The notes: generated by a model from the letters alone, not told the origin. Counted from the first letter of the stretch, positions 1 through 10,524 are shown. The stretch is DNA of 64,000 nucleotides from Candidatus Krumholzibacteriota bacterium (GCA_963727455.1 CAVSGG010000005.1:529538-593537), one strand, 5' to 3'. Program-made: numbers and translations.

Positions 1-2
1 CG

Positions 3-1208
3 CTCAAGCTGATTGCTGCCTCAATTCTGACGGATGAGCCGCTGCGACTGCAGAGTTTTCCTCTGAAGCTCACGGATGTACAAGTCATGCTTGGCATGGT
101 CCGATCGCTCGGAAAGAAAGTAGTCGAGGGTGATTCTGCCGTAAGGATAGAGGGACCCTGCAAGGTGATGACTCTTGAGTGGCGGGAAAGATCAGTTCGG
201 ACCAGCCTCTTGTTGCTCGCGACTCTATTGGGACGATTTGGTAGAGGCGCAGTACCCATTCCAGGCGGATGCAAGATCGGAGAGAGGAAGTACGATCTCC
301 ACCAGATGGTTCTGGAGCGACTTGGTGCGGAGATTTGGGAGGAGGATGGGCTTCTGTGTGGTAAGGCCAAAAGTCGACTTCGGGGTACGGAGATTCACCT
401 GCCGATTCGGTCGACTGGAGCCACAGAAAGCGCAATACTTGCAGGTTGCCTGGCAACGGGCAGAACAGTACTCTGGAACCCACACGTCCGTCCCGAAATC
501 CTAGATCTTATCAACTTGCTGGGGAAGATGGGTGCTCGAATTCGAGTTTACGGGCAGGAGAGGATTGAGATAGATGGTGTGGACTGCCTTTATGGCGCTC
601 GGCATGCAGTCATCGTAGACAATATGGAGGCCTTCACTTTTCTCGTAGCCGCAGCGGTCACGGAAGGTAGTGTCGAAATTCTGGGCTTTCCGAAGCATGA
701 TCTAGAAGTTCCGCTTATCTTCGCGAAGGCAGCGGGCGTTCATGTCTATGAAGGCCCTGAGTCGATAATTGTCAATGGGAGTGAGCATTGGCCCATTGAG
801 TTGAGTACCGGACCTTATCCTGGGATCAATAGCGATATGCAACCGCTTTTCGCCGTGCTGGGTTCGTGCGCCCACGGAGAGAGCCGCATCACCGATCTTC
901 GCTTTCCGGACCGATTTGGCTATGTCGAGGAACTTGCTCGTTTTGGGGGTGATTATAAGGTTGAAGGAAATCTACTGCGCATAAGGGGGGGTGGAACTCG
1001 TCATGGAGCTGCGGTACGCGCATTGGACTTACGGTGTGGAGCCGCTCTGTTAGTGGCGGGAATGGTGGCGGATGGAACAACCAGAATTTTGGACTGTCAT
1101 CAGATCGATCGTGGCTATGAGAACATCGTGGGTAAGCTTCAGGGTCTAGGGGGGAGACTCCACAGGGAGCCAAGCGGATTACAGACATCGGAAAGCGTGC
1201 TCGAGTGA
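3..1208 (+). CDS. murA: UDP-N-acetylglucosamine 1-carboxyvinyltransferase (MurA)-family enolpyruvyl transferase, 5'-truncated; likely a glycan-locus paralog
   Basis: Frame is open from position 3 (LKLIAASILTDEP...). Motifs GGCKIGERKYDLH (Cys115 loop), STGATE, PYPGINSDMQP, DLRCGAAL, IDRGYE. Confidence 0.85.
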   Translation, partial: LKLIAASILTDEPLRLQSFPLKLTDVQVMLGMVRSLGKKVVEGDSAVRIEGPCKVMTLEWRERSVRTSLLLLATLLGRFGRGAVPIPGGCKIGERKYDLHQMVLERLGAEIWEEDGLLCGKAKSRLRGTEIHLPIRSTGATESAILAGCLATGRTVLWNPHVRPEILDLINLLGKMGARIRVYGQERIEIDGVDCLYGARHAVIVDNMEAFTFLVAAAVTEGSVEILGFPKHDLEVPLIFAKAAGVHVYEGPESIIVNGSEHWPIELSTGPYPGINSDMQPLFAVLGSCAHGESRITDLRFPDRFGYVEELARFGGDYKVEGNLLRIRGGGTRHGAAVRALDLRCGAALLVAGMVADGTTRILDCHQIDRGYENIVGKLQGLGGRLHREPSGLQTSESVLE

Positions 1209-1212
1209 TTTC

Positions 1213-2553
1213 ATGACAGCGTCGTCACCGCGTTCGCAACCATCCGCTCTCCGTCACATTCTCCAGACACTTGGGACACAGGTTCTTGTGCTCCTGCTCG
1301 GAGTTATCGGAGGGGTGCTCGTAGCAAGAATTTTGGGGCCTTCCGGGCGTGGACGCTACGCCCTTCTGATGATGATTCCCAACTTGGCCTTCACCTTTGG
1401 AAATCTGGGTTTTGGCAGTGCCGGTACCTACTTTCTCAATCGAGGAAGCATTGCGCGCGGTCAGGTTGTTGGATCACTCTATGCTATCGGGATTGCTCTT
1501 GCGCTTCTGAGTGCAGCAGTAGTGTTAGTGATTCATCCCCAAAGAATCTCTGTCTGGCAGGACCTTCCAACGCTACAGATCCTCATTGCAATTCTCACAA
1601 CGCCTTTTCTCTTTCTCTTGAATTTCTCAAGCCGGGTACTTCTGGGAACCGGCTCCATCGGGAAAATGAACATAGGTAGACTGCTGCAGGCCGGAAGCCG
1701 AGTGGTCGTAGTCGTAGCTCTTGTTGGAATACTCAGTTATGGCGTTACCGGAGCAATGGTCGCATTTGCACTCTCGACGGCAATTGGCGCAGCGTACAGT
1801 GCCTCTGTAGGATTGAAATCGGTTGGGCGTCCGATCAAATTCTCTTCTCGGTTCCTCACTCATGGGCTCAGTTATGGCCTGCCCTCCTTCCTGATTCTGC
1901 TGGCTAATTACCTAAATCATAATTTCGATGTGCTCATGGTGAAGCACTACCTCGACAACACAAATGTCGGTCTCTATACCTTGGTAGTCGCTTGGGTGGA
2001 GAGACTATTTTATCTTCCTCAGTCCGTGGGAGCCGTGATCTTTCAACGCGTGGCGTCGGATGAGAAAAGCGGGAGCCGCGCTCTCGTGATGAAGAGCGGG
2101 CGACATTCCCTTGCCCTAGTAGTGCTTGGAGCGCTGGTGCTGTCACTCTGCGGACCGGTATTAGTCGTAGGGCTGTACGGAGCCGAGTTTCGGGGCTCCA
2201 TTCCGGCTCTTTACTGCCTATTGCCCGCAATTGTAATGCTATCCCTCTATCAAGTCTATGCTGTAGCACTCGCGGCCGATGGACATCCGCGCGTCGGGGC
2301 AATCGCTTCTGCACTATCTTTCGCCATCAATTTTGCGCTAAACACCGTACTGATTCCCCGCATGGGTATAGTGGGCGCGGGACTCGCAACAACGGTCTCC
2401 TACGGGATCATGTCGGGGATAGTAGTCACCGCATACAAGCGCAGATATGGAGTATCCCTAGGAGAGATGTTGGTGATCCGGAAAAGTGAGATCAGGTCCT
2501 CTCTAGCGCGGCTCTTGAGCCATCTTCCACTGTCGAATCGAACGAGATCATGA
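1213..2553 (+). CDS. Wzx-type oligosaccharide flippase (MOP superfamily)
   Basis: 446 aa, multi-TM; ARILGPSGRGRY N-terminal motif, VGLYT, LIPRMGIVGAGLAT. Confidence 0.85.
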   Translation: MTASSPRSQPSALRHILQTLGTQVLVLLLGVIGGVLVARILGPSGRGRYALLMMIPNLAFTFGNLGFGSAGTYFLNRGSIARGQVVGSLYAIGIALALLSAAVVLVIHPQRISVWQDLPTLQILIAILTTPFLFLLNFSSRVLLGTGSIGKMNIGRLLQAGSRVVVVVALVGILSYGVTGAMVAFALSTAIGAAYSASVGLKSVGRPIKFSSRFLTHGLSYGLPSFLILLANYLNHNFDVLMVKHYLDNTNVGLYTLVVAWVERLFYLPQSVGAVIFQRVASDEKSGSRALVMKSGRHSLALVVLGALVLSLCGPVLVVGLYGAEFRGSIPALYCLLPAIVMLSLYQVYAVALAADGHPRVGAIASALSFAINFALNTVLIPRMGIVGAGLATTVSYGIMSGIVVTAYKRRYGVSLGEMLVIRKSEIRSSLARLLSHLPLSNRTRS

Positions 2554-4994
2554 TATCGCGAGAGGAACTGCTTCGCCGGATGTTGCTGCCTGGGTTGGTT
2601 ATCCTGACGCTACTGGCAGCGCGGTGGCTGGGGCTCCCAGAGGGCTTTGGGGTGTCCGCAGCCTGGCTATTGCTCGTCATCATGCCGGGGATACTGATTC
2701 TAGAATGTGTACCGGAGCTACGCTGCCAAGAACAGATCAGCTTTGGGATATTGGACCGCTGGCTTGAATCGACGGCAATCGGAGTGCTTTGTCTGTCGAT
2801 CTGGCTCGGGATCTCAGATGCAATCCGAATCCCCCTCGATCTTGCCATTATCGTGTATGGAGGCGCCGGTGTCGTTGTGTGGTGGTATACCGGCCCAAGC
2901 ATCAACTGGCAAGTTAAGAAAGTCAGTTGGGAGATTCTCCTGGTAGGGGCGATCATTGCAGTCTCTGTGATCCGGATATTGTCACTTCCTTATGTAACCT
3001 CAGCCAGCTCCGATCTGCTGGCCCATCTCGATGGTATAAGGCAAGTGAGATTTACCGGTGAGGTCTTTCCTCACATGCTCTCGACGGACGGTATGGCTGG
3101 TGTAAAGCCAGATCCCCGCTTCGGCACATGGCACGGAATGGTCGAGGGAATCTGGTATCTTGGAGCATCGTCATTACAAGGGGCATGGACCTGTGCTGCA
3201 GCGTGGATGGTAGGCCCCATTTTGCTGGCATCGGAGCGGTTGGGGCGAGAGATCTTCCGTAATGTCAAAGCCGGCGTAGTATGTCTCGTCGTGTATTTGC
3301 TTCTAATGTCTACCGTGGAGGGAGATCTTCTCTCGATGTCCGCCTTGCCGTCGGTAGTTGCACGCTGCATTTTTGGAGTAGTGTTGATTTGGTGCCTGCG
3401 AGGCCTCGATGGAGTTGGGGGCGCACGGTGGTATTGGAGCCTTGCAGTCGCTGCAGCGGGACTCGCGCTTTTCCGGTTGGATTATTTCATGATGGTTGGT
3501 GCTGTGCTAGGGATCCTGGCATGCGCCGGAATATTGGGTTTCATAGGAGAAGGTCGTTGGCTCTGGACTAAACGTCTGGGAATCTGGATCTGCGGTGCGG
3601 TTCCACTGCTCGCGTACAAATACTCGATCTCCTTGCCAACGCCGCCCGGCTACCTGTCTCAGTTTCGCGCTGGCGTGTTGCTACTCGGTTCCAAGTGGTG
3701 GATGACGGATATTTTTCGTTTCGGCCCAACGATTTTTATCCTCTTGGTGATGGGTTTGATTTGGTTGGTTCGAGCGCGACACACACTGACGCGCAGTTCA
3801 TGGCTCCTCCTCACGGTTCTTACCATCGGAGGTCTCCAGGCGTTTAATCCGCTTTTCTGCCGCCTATTCGAGCCTATTGTGAGCGCTCCGTATATCGTAC
3901 GACTTGCCAGGTTGGTACCCATATATCTCCTGGTGACTGGAGTTCTACTGGACTCGACTGGTTTTCGAATCTGGGCGAAACCTTCGAAGAGACGCCCTTT
4001 GGTTGCGGGTCTCGCTCTTGGGCTAATCGGTGTTAGCGTTATCCCCGAGTTGCCTGGCTGGCTCCAAAGGCCCACCGTCTCTGAGAACTCGGTACTTGAG
4101 TCAGGGATGACAAATTGGCTCCGGGACCACGCTGAGGTGGATACGACAGTCCTGGCGAGCCCCATCGTTGCATATTGTATCGCGGGCTTGACTGATTTGA
4201 AGGTAGTCGCAGTTCCTCCCAGCCATGCCTCACCCTGGGTGACGGACGCCAAACAGCGTGAGAGAGACGCTTATCGGGCGCTCAGCGATTGCACATCCTT
4301 GGTCGACAGAATGTCCATCTTGAGGAAATATGGCGCAAACTGGGTTCTATTTAGAGAAGAACCGGGAGTTGCTGATGATTGGGGCGCCTCCCAGGTCCTA
4401 CACGAGGACCACGAGTTGGTACTTCTCTCGGTTGACCCTGCACATGGTTCCGCAGAGGGAGAAGGGAGGGTGTGTGGTTCCACCAGCCTCCCCAATCAGG
4501 CTAACATTCGTCCCATTTCCCTTGAGCAGGGACTCGAGGCATACGTGGCTTGGCCGGATACCCTAGAGGGCACACGTGGAGCGATCCTGGAGCTTCCCGT
4601 AGTCTGGAGACCGAACAATCCGATCATGGAAAAGAAAATCTGGGCGCTGCGGTTCGAGAGTGGTTATCCCCGTAGCTTTTTGTACTCCCCAGTGTGGAGT
4701 AAGCCGTACCGCAAACTGGAGGAGCTTCTCACAGGCAGGCGATACCGATTTCGTGTACAAGGCAATCCTTGTGAGGATCGCCCCCCAATTTTCATCTGGG
4801 GCGCTAATCGAAGCTACAGCGATACCCTGAAGGTTCGAATTCCAGCTGATGTTCACGATGGCTACTACCGGGTTCAGCTGAAAGTGGTTACAGATAGCTT
4901 CATGAGAAATCACAGACCCCGTGATTATTTTAGTGATCGTGATCTCTGGACGGGCCAGGATTGCGGCGTCGTCTTGTCAATTCAGAACGAATAA
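2550..4994 (+). CDS. Large integral membrane protein, GT-C-like fold with C-terminal soluble domain
   Basis: 814 aa; many TM segments, acidic loop motif SSDLLAHLD, C-terminal WLRDH..VLASP..ILRKYGANWVL pattern; ATGA overlap with the flippase stop. Confidence 0.55.
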   Translation: MISREELLRRMLLPGLVILTLLAARWLGLPEGFGVSAAWLLLVIMPGILILECVPELRCQEQISFGILDRWLESTAIGVLCLSIWLGISDAIRIPLDLAIIVYGGAGVVVWWYTGPSINWQVKKVSWEILLVGAIIAVSVIRILSLPYVTSASSDLLAHLDGIRQVRFTGEVFPHMLSTDGMAGVKPDPRFGTWHGMVEGIWYLGASSLQGAWTCAAAWMVGPILLASERLGREIFRNVKAGVVCLVVYLLLMSTVEGDLLSMSALPSVVARCIFGVVLIWCLRGLDGVGGARWYWSLAVAAAGLALFRLDYFMMVGAVLGILACAGILGFIGEGRWLWTKRLGIWICGAVPLLAYKYSISLPTPPGYLSQFRAGVLLLGSKWWMTDIFRFGPTIFILLVMGLIWLVRARHTLTRSSWLLLTVLTIGGLQAFNPLFCRLFEPIVSAPYIVRLARLVPIYLLVTGVLLDSTGFRIWAKPSKRRPLVAGLALGLIGVSVIPELPGWLQRPTVSENSVLESGMTNWLRDHAEVDTTVLASPIVAYCIAGLTDLKVVAVPPSHASPWVTDAKQRERDAYRALSDCTSLVDRMSILRKYGANWVLFREEPGVADDWGASQVLHEDHELVLLSVDPAHGSAEGEGRVCGSTSLPNQANIRPISLEQGLEAYVAWPDTLEGTRGAILELPVVWRPNNPIMEKKIWALRFESGYPRSFLYSPVWSKPYRKLEELLTGRRYRFRVQGNPCEDRPPIFIWGANRSYSDTLKVRIPADVHDGYYRVQLKVVTDSFMRNHRPRDYFSDRDLWTGQDCGVVLSIQNE

Positions 4995-4996
4995 CG

Positions 4997-6280
4997 ATGG
5001 CTAGATCACTCAGAATCCTCATCCACCTGGATTTTTTGGGCCTGGGCGGCCATATGCTTTCGACCATCAGCCTCGCTGAAGCAATCAAGTGTAGAGGCCA
5101 CGAAGTATTGATTGCTGGAGAGATGGGATCTCTCCGGTCCAAACTCGAGGAAAGAGACCTGCCTTATGCCGAATTGGCGCTCGGGCTCGATCCAATTCCC
5201 AATGCCCCTGTACTGGCGCCGCCAAACGAACAACTGAACATCACTCGGCTGAGTCGGCTAGCAAGGGAATGGTCGGCCGATCTGGTTCACGCCTTTCATC
5301 CTTTCAATCTGCCAACCGCACGACGCGCTGCCCTTTCCTCGGGGATTCCTGCCATTTTGACGGTATGCGGGGGCAAACCAGCATATTCGTTACCGGCAAA
5401 GCAAACCGAGACCATTGTTTTCAGCGAGGAGTTGCGCGATGCCTACGTGCGCAAGCGGCTGGTCCAGGAAGACCGGATTCATGTAGTTGCGAATCGGCTC
5501 CCCCTGGGTGAATTGATGGATCGAACCTGGGAACTCGAGGAAGAGCTGTCAAGTCAGTTGAAGCCTGGTTCAAAGCGGATTTTGATGATTGGGCGATTGG
5601 ATGGTGCGAAAACAACAGCCGCTCTTCATGTCATTGAGGCGTGCGCACTGCTCCGACAGAAGTTCTCGTCGCTTCAACTCTTGCTTGTCGGATCCGGGTC
5701 AGGCGTCGGGACTGTCAAGATGAGGGCAAAGAAAGTGGGGCTCACGACCGAGGGCGGCGTCTTTGTGCACTATGGGCGCGTTCTAGACGCGTATCGCTTG
5801 ATTCCTCATGCAGATATTTGTGTCGGGGTGGGGAGGAGCATTTTCGAGGCAATGGCGATCGGGCGTCCCTGTGTCATTGTGGGCTCCGAGGGTTACGCGG
5901 GCCTGGTCTCGCCTGAGGCAATCGAAAAGATTGCCTACTTCAATTTCTCCGGACGTAACGCGCGAAAGCGGGAGGGGGTTGCGGTGCTGTCGGAGGCTTG
6001 CGAGGAAATTCTGGGCAACGAACGGCACGCCAGGTTCCTTGCGGATTTTGCACAGAAGTATGCCTCGAGAAATTTGGACGCGGCCGTTGGTGCGGAGAAA
6101 TACGAGGTGATCTATGAGAAGCTCCTGAGACGATGGAGGGAGGGAATGATTCCACGTGACGATGAATCTTCGATCAGTCGATATGCCCAAGCTCTCAGGA
6201 AGAAAGAAGCGCGGCAAAATCTTTCTGGTATGCCCAGGAGGATATTGCGGCGGGTTCTCCCGTGGTCAGGTCGTCAATGA
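4997..6280 (+). CDS. Glycosyltransferase family 4 (atypical GVGRSxxEAMA type)
   Basis: GLGGH..LAEAIKCRGHEV, MIGRLD, GVGRSIFEAMAIGRP; ATG at 4997 just after the upstream stop. Confidence 0.8.
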   Translation: MARSLRILIHLDFLGLGGHMLSTISLAEAIKCRGHEVLIAGEMGSLRSKLEERDLPYAELALGLDPIPNAPVLAPPNEQLNITRLSRLAREWSADLVHAFHPFNLPTARRAALSSGIPAILTVCGGKPAYSLPAKQTETIVFSEELRDAYVRKRLVQEDRIHVVANRLPLGELMDRTWELEEELSSQLKPGSKRILMIGRLDGAKTTAALHVIEACALLRQKFSSLQLLLVGSGSGVGTVKMRAKKVGLTTEGGVFVHYGRVLDAYRLIPHADICVGVGRSIFEAMAIGRPCVIVGSEGYAGLVSPEAIEKIAYFNFSGRNARKREGVAVLSEACEEILGNERHARFLADFAQKYASRNLDAAVGAEKYEVIYEKLLRRWREGMIPRDDESSISRYAQALRKKEARQNLSGMPRRILRRVLPWSGRQ

Positions 6281-6295
6281 GAAAATCACGGTGAA

Positions 6296-6967
6296 CTAGG
6301 CCCTGTGCATCAGCCGCCGCAGAATCAGTTTGGCCAGCGTCTTCAGCCCGACCGTGAAGCTCTGTCCCTTCGAAAGAGAATAATCGGTATAGATTGCTTT
6401 GATAGGGATTTCCACCAGGTTCAATCCGTGACGCCGAGATTCTGCGATGATCTCTGAGGACACCTCCATCCTGTCCGTCTTGATGTCGATCTGCTCCAGA
6501 GCCTCGCGCCGAAAGCCGCGATACCCGGATTGGGAATCCGTGACCCAGGCCCCGAAGAGAAAAAACGTGACGAGGTTACCCACCCAGTTTGCAAGCTGAC
6601 GGTGTTTCGGCATTCCCTCAGGCTCTAGGAGTCGAGAACCGATGACCACATCCGCTCCGTCATCGAGGGCTTCGAGGAATCGAGGTATGTCCTCCGGATC
6701 ATGCTGTCCATCTGCATCCAGGCAAATGACCGCCTCTCCGCCGCGCCTCAGAGCCGCGGCAAAACCAGTTCCCAAGGATGCACCGAGTCCGCGGTTGATT
6801 ACATGACGAACCAGGCATGCCCCTCCCTGTCGCGCGATCACTCCGGTTGCATCTCTCGAGCCGTCATCGACGACGATCACTTCGTCCACTCGGGGCCTGA
6901 CTCGCTCGAGAACTTGCGCCAGAGTCGACTCTTCATTGTATGCGGGGATGACGACGATGGTCTTCAT
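6296..6967 (-). CDS. GT2 polyprenol-phosphate glycosyltransferase (DPM1-like)
   Basis: VIPAYNE, VVDDGSRD, NRGLGA, LDADGQHDP, VIGSR, TDSQSGYR. Confidence 0.88.
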   Translation of the reverse strand: MKTIVVIPAYNEESTLAQVLERVRPRVDEVIVVDDGSRDATGVIARQGGACLVRHVINRGLGASLGTGFAAALRRGGEAVICLDADGQHDPEDIPRFLEALDDGADVVIGSRLLEPEGMPKHRQLANWVGNLVTFFLFGAWVTDSQSGYRGFRREALEQIDIKTDRMEVSSEIIAESRRHGLNLVEIPIKAIYTDYSLSKGQSFTVGLKTLAKLILRRLMHRA

Positions 6968-7220
6968 GCATCGATTGTAAACGGGCCTACTGGGCGAAGC
7001 AAGTGCCCTGGAACCGGTGATGCAAAGGAGGGGTCGGCGGTCCTGCGCGTGGTCTGCGGCGAAGTGCTGCGCGTTGGGGACGAGGCAGTCTCATCGTTTC
7101 CTGGGCCGCCCGAAAGCACCCTTTCGTGGCCCAGATGCGCCTATCTCCCGAACGAGAAGTTGTGCTAGGCTCCCCCCTCATTTTGGGGCGGCGAGCAGCA
7201 AGCAGGGGCTGGATCTTGCG

Positions 7221-8264
7221 ATGAGAGTTCTCTTGATATCCGAGCGATGGGAGGACGTAACTGATGAAGGTATGCTTGGTTTCCTTGATGAGTTCGCTCA
7301 GTTTCTCAAAATGAAGTTCTCCCTCCTCATCGTGTACGATCATGGAAGTGGCGCGGGAGATCTTCCGTCGCGGCGGCTTCCCTTGGGCAAGCGTCTCGTC
7401 ACACCCGAACTGAAGGGGTGTCTGGAGAGCTTCCGCCCCAACTTGGTTCTCTACTGCCCCACGGCATGCGCGACTTTCAATGCGCTCCTCCGTCACTCCC
7501 GATTGGAGCGTCTCGTTCCGGGAGCGCGCTGCGCATTGATGAGCTTACAATCGAGAGAGTACTCCTGGTGGCAGAAGCCGCTCCTGCGCTTCGTGCGTCC
7601 TTGGCGTCTGGTGGTGCTCTCGCGGGCGCAGGAGGAGTACTACCGGGAACGCGGGTTTGAGGCCCTCGCGGTGCGGGCGGGAGTCGATCTGACGCGCTTT
7701 TGTCCCGCGAATGCTCAGGAGCGGAAGTTACTCCGTAAGAGACTTGGGTGGCCTTCGGAAAAGCGAGTGATCTTCCATGCGGGCCATCTACGCGCCGGCA
7801 GGGGCCTCGATGCCATGAGCGCGTTGGCCCGACAGGAGGAGTTTCATCTGGTGATGGCTGCGAGCACCGCGAATCCCGCGGATGACTCTCTGCGGGAGGA
7901 ACTGGTGGCGGCGGGAATCGAGATACACCACGAATATCTTCCCAAGATCGAGGATTTTTATCGTGCAGCTGATCTCTACCTGTTTCCGGTGCGGGAGGCG
8001 AGCGAAAGTATCGAGTTTCCCCTGTCCGTACTGGAGGCCATGGCCTGCAATCTTGCCATCGTCACCACTCCGTTTGGGGCATTGACGGAGCATTTTACCG
8101 CTAGAGATGGTCTGCGATATTTTCAGAACTTGCGAGATCTGCCTGGCGCTGTGGATGCCGCATTGAGTCAGAAGGTAAACACGAGGGCGAAGGTGGAGAG
8201 CTTTGGTTGGCATGCGGGAATGGAGGAATTGATGTCCAAACTTCGAGAGGCAATGAGCGCGTGA
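7221..8264 (+). CDS. Glycosyltransferase family 4
   Basis: FHAGHL..GRG, ADLYLFP, EFPLSVLEAMAC; start set to ATG 7221. Confidence 0.82.
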   Translation: MRVLLISERWEDVTDEGMLGFLDEFAQFLKMKFSLLIVYDHGSGAGDLPSRRLPLGKRLVTPELKGCLESFRPNLVLYCPTACATFNALLRHSRLERLVPGARCALMSLQSREYSWWQKPLLRFVRPWRLVVLSRAQEEYYRERGFEALAVRAGVDLTRFCPANAQERKLLRKRLGWPSEKRVIFHAGHLRAGRGLDAMSALARQEEFHLVMAASTANPADDSLREELVAAGIEIHHEYLPKIEDFYRAADLYLFPVREASESIEFPLSVLEAMACNLAIVTTPFGALTEHFTARDGLRYFQNLRDLPGAVDAALSQKVNTRAKVESFGWHAGMEELMSKLREAMSA

Positions 8265-8944
8265 AGTCGACCTTGGTCTATCTTGCCGGACTCGATGGCT
8301 CGGGAAAGAGCACACAAGCGCAGCTCTACCTTTCACAGGCCCGTTTGCGGGGCCAGGACTGGAACTATCGCTGGGCTCGCTGGGAGCCGTGCCTCACTGC
8401 TCCTCTGATGCGTCTGGCCCGCAAGGTCCTCGGGCGGGGCACAGAACGCGGATCGAGCCGCCCGGAAGACGATGCTGGGTACGCCAGCTTCACCCAAGGG
8501 AAGCAGCGCATCTTTCGCCACGCCTGGTCGCGGCGACTCTGGACGACTGCAGTGCTGCTGGAGTACTTACCCCAGGTTTGGTGGCGACTTGGCGCCACCC
8601 GCATGCGAGGCAAACGGCTACTCTGCGACCGCTATCTCCCCGACCTTTGGGTTGATCTGGCAGTGAATTTCGCTACGGGAGTTCGGGGCGTAGAGGAACT
8701 GGCGCGCCATCCACTATGTCATCTCTTTCCAAAAGTGGATCGGATGATTTTCCTGGACGTCGATCCTCGCGTGGGTTTTGAGCGCAAGAGTGACGGGACC
8801 CCGCGTGCGTATCTCGAGGAGCGAAGGCCGCTGTATCTGGCGCTCACTAGGATCCTGCCATCGCGCGTAATCGATGCAAACGGCACGGTGGAAGAGGTGG
8901 CTCGCGAGCTGCGGGATGCCGTGGAAAACGACGCGGGCTGTTAG
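8261..8944 (+). CDS. Thymidylate-kinase-like P-loop kinase
   Basis: GLDGSGKST P-loop and LCDRY motif; GTG start overlaps the upstream TGA. Confidence 0.75.
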   Translation: MKSTLVYLAGLDGSGKSTQAQLYLSQARLRGQDWNYRWARWEPCLTAPLMRLARKVLGRGTERGSSRPEDDAGYASFTQGKQRIFRHAWSRRLWTTAVLLEYLPQVWWRLGATRMRGKRLLCDRYLPDLWVDLAVNFATGVRGVEELARHPLCHLFPKVDRMIFLDVDPRVGFERKSDGTPRAYLEERRPLYLALTRILPSRVIDANGTVEEVARELRDAVENDAGC

Positions 8945-9006
8945 GATCACCATGTGCTAAACTCATATGACGTCTTGGCTCCCCTTAACCTAAGTTCGGG
9001 AAGAAC

Positions 9007-10524
9007 ATGAAGCGGCTCATCATCATCGGAATCGACGGCATGGACGCGGATTTCGTGGCGGACCATCCCAAAGAGATGCCCAATTTCCACCGGCTCGGAC
9101 AAAAGGGTTATGGGGGAGGCCTGTACACGGTATTTCCTTCGGATTCGATCCCCTCGTGGATCACGATCTTTACCGGCATCCCGCCCGTCGATCACGGTAT
9201 CCTCGATGCCATTGACTACTTCAAGAAGAACCACACCGATTTTTCCGTCGATACTTCCGTATTCAAGGGCCGCACTTTCTGGGACATCGCGTCCGATGCG
9301 GGTAAGAAAGTATGTGTCATCAATCCCTTCATGGCCTATCCGCCCTGGCGAGTGAATGGCTATATGGTCTCCGGGCCGGTCTTCGTGACGGACGGGAAGG
9401 AAGCCTCCTGGCCGGAGGAACTCGCGGCGGAGATGCCGATCCCTTCGATGGGAGGAATCGTCGACTTCCCGTCCAAGGACACGCTCGGTCAGTTCCGCAA
9501 GGAGAGCATCGGATACACCGAAGCTCAACACCGCTTCTCGTTGGATCTGTTGCGGAAGAAGGGTCCCTTCGATCTCTTCTTCTCCACTTACCTCACGCTG
9601 GACCGAGTGCAGCATTTCTACTGGCGATATCACGACCGCCACGATCCCACGTACCCCGGACCCAGCGAACACGAAGGGGTGGTGTTGGAGTTTTATCAGC
9701 TCTTCGATCGTATCGTGGGTGAATACATGGAAGCAGCCGGCGACGACTATGAGATCATGGTGGTCAGCGACCACGGCCATGGGCGTCGCTGCACCAAGGT
9801 CGCGAACGTCAACGAGTACCTGCGGAGAAAGGGATGGCTGCATGCGCGGGGAGGAAACAAGAATCTCCTGAACCCGCGGCGAATGGTCCAGAAGCTCAAG
9901 ACCTCCGCCCTGAATACGCTGGACCGGCTCGACATGGTCGACGTGGCACATCGTATCGTGAAGACTGTTCCCAAAGTGCGTGAATTAAAGAAGACCTCAT
10001 TCCTCGTCGATGAGAAGGACAATCTCGTCTTTACTCCTCGTTTTGCCGGCACCAATCCCTGTGGGGGGGTATCCATAAACCGCGCCCTGTGTGAGGCGAG
10101 GGGTCTGAAGTACGACGAGCTTCGGGCCGAACTCAAGCGAGATCTTCTGGCCATGAAGGATGAAGCGACGAGCGAGGGACTCTTTCAATGGGTGCTGACA
10201 CGCGAGGAGTACGTGGGAGACGGGCAGGCGATCGAGAAATTCCCCGATCTCGTGTTTCTCTTGAAGATGCAATACGGAACAGGTTGGGATCTGTTTGGCG
10301 ATCTGGTCGATACGAATCCCACCCACCGCAAGATCTCCGGGGGACACAAACTGAGGGGCGTCCTCTACACGACTCTCAATCCGCATGCGGCGAACGGTGA
10401 CATCGAGGAAACCCCTGCCGTTCACGACATCGCACCGTTGGTGCTGCGCACTTTCGGACTGCCGCGCCAACCATGGATGCGGCGAGTAGGGTACGCGAAG
10501 CCAGAGGTGGCATGCGAATCCTGA
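9007..10524 (+). CDS. Alkaline phosphatase superfamily, type I phosphodiesterase/nucleotide pyrophosphatase
   Basis: IIIGIDG, PSDSIPSWITIFTG, DRVQHFYW, VSDHGHG, C-terminal GGH and DIAP. Confidence 0.85.
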   Translation: MKRLIIIGIDGMDADFVADHPKEMPNFHRLGQKGYGGGLYTVFPSDSIPSWITIFTGIPPVDHGILDAIDYFKKNHTDFSVDTSVFKGRTFWDIASDAGKKVCVINPFMAYPPWRVNGYMVSGPVFVTDGKEASWPEELAAEMPIPSMGGIVDFPSKDTLGQFRKESIGYTEAQHRFSLDLLRKKGPFDLFFSTYLTLDRVQHFYWRYHDRHDPTYPGPSEHEGVVLEFYQLFDRIVGEYMEAAGDDYEIMVVSDHGHGRRCTKVANVNEYLRRKGWLHARGGNKNLLNPRRMVQKLKTSALNTLDRLDMVDVAHRIVKTVPKVRELKKTSFLVDEKDNLVFTPRFAGTNPCGGVSINRALCEARGLKYDELRAELKRDLLAMKDEATSEGLFQWVLTREEYVGDGQAIEKFPDLVFLLKMQYGTGWDLFGDLVDTNPTHRKISGGHKLRGVLYTTLNPHAANGDIEETPAVHDIAPLVLRTFGLPRQPWMRRVGYAKPEVACES

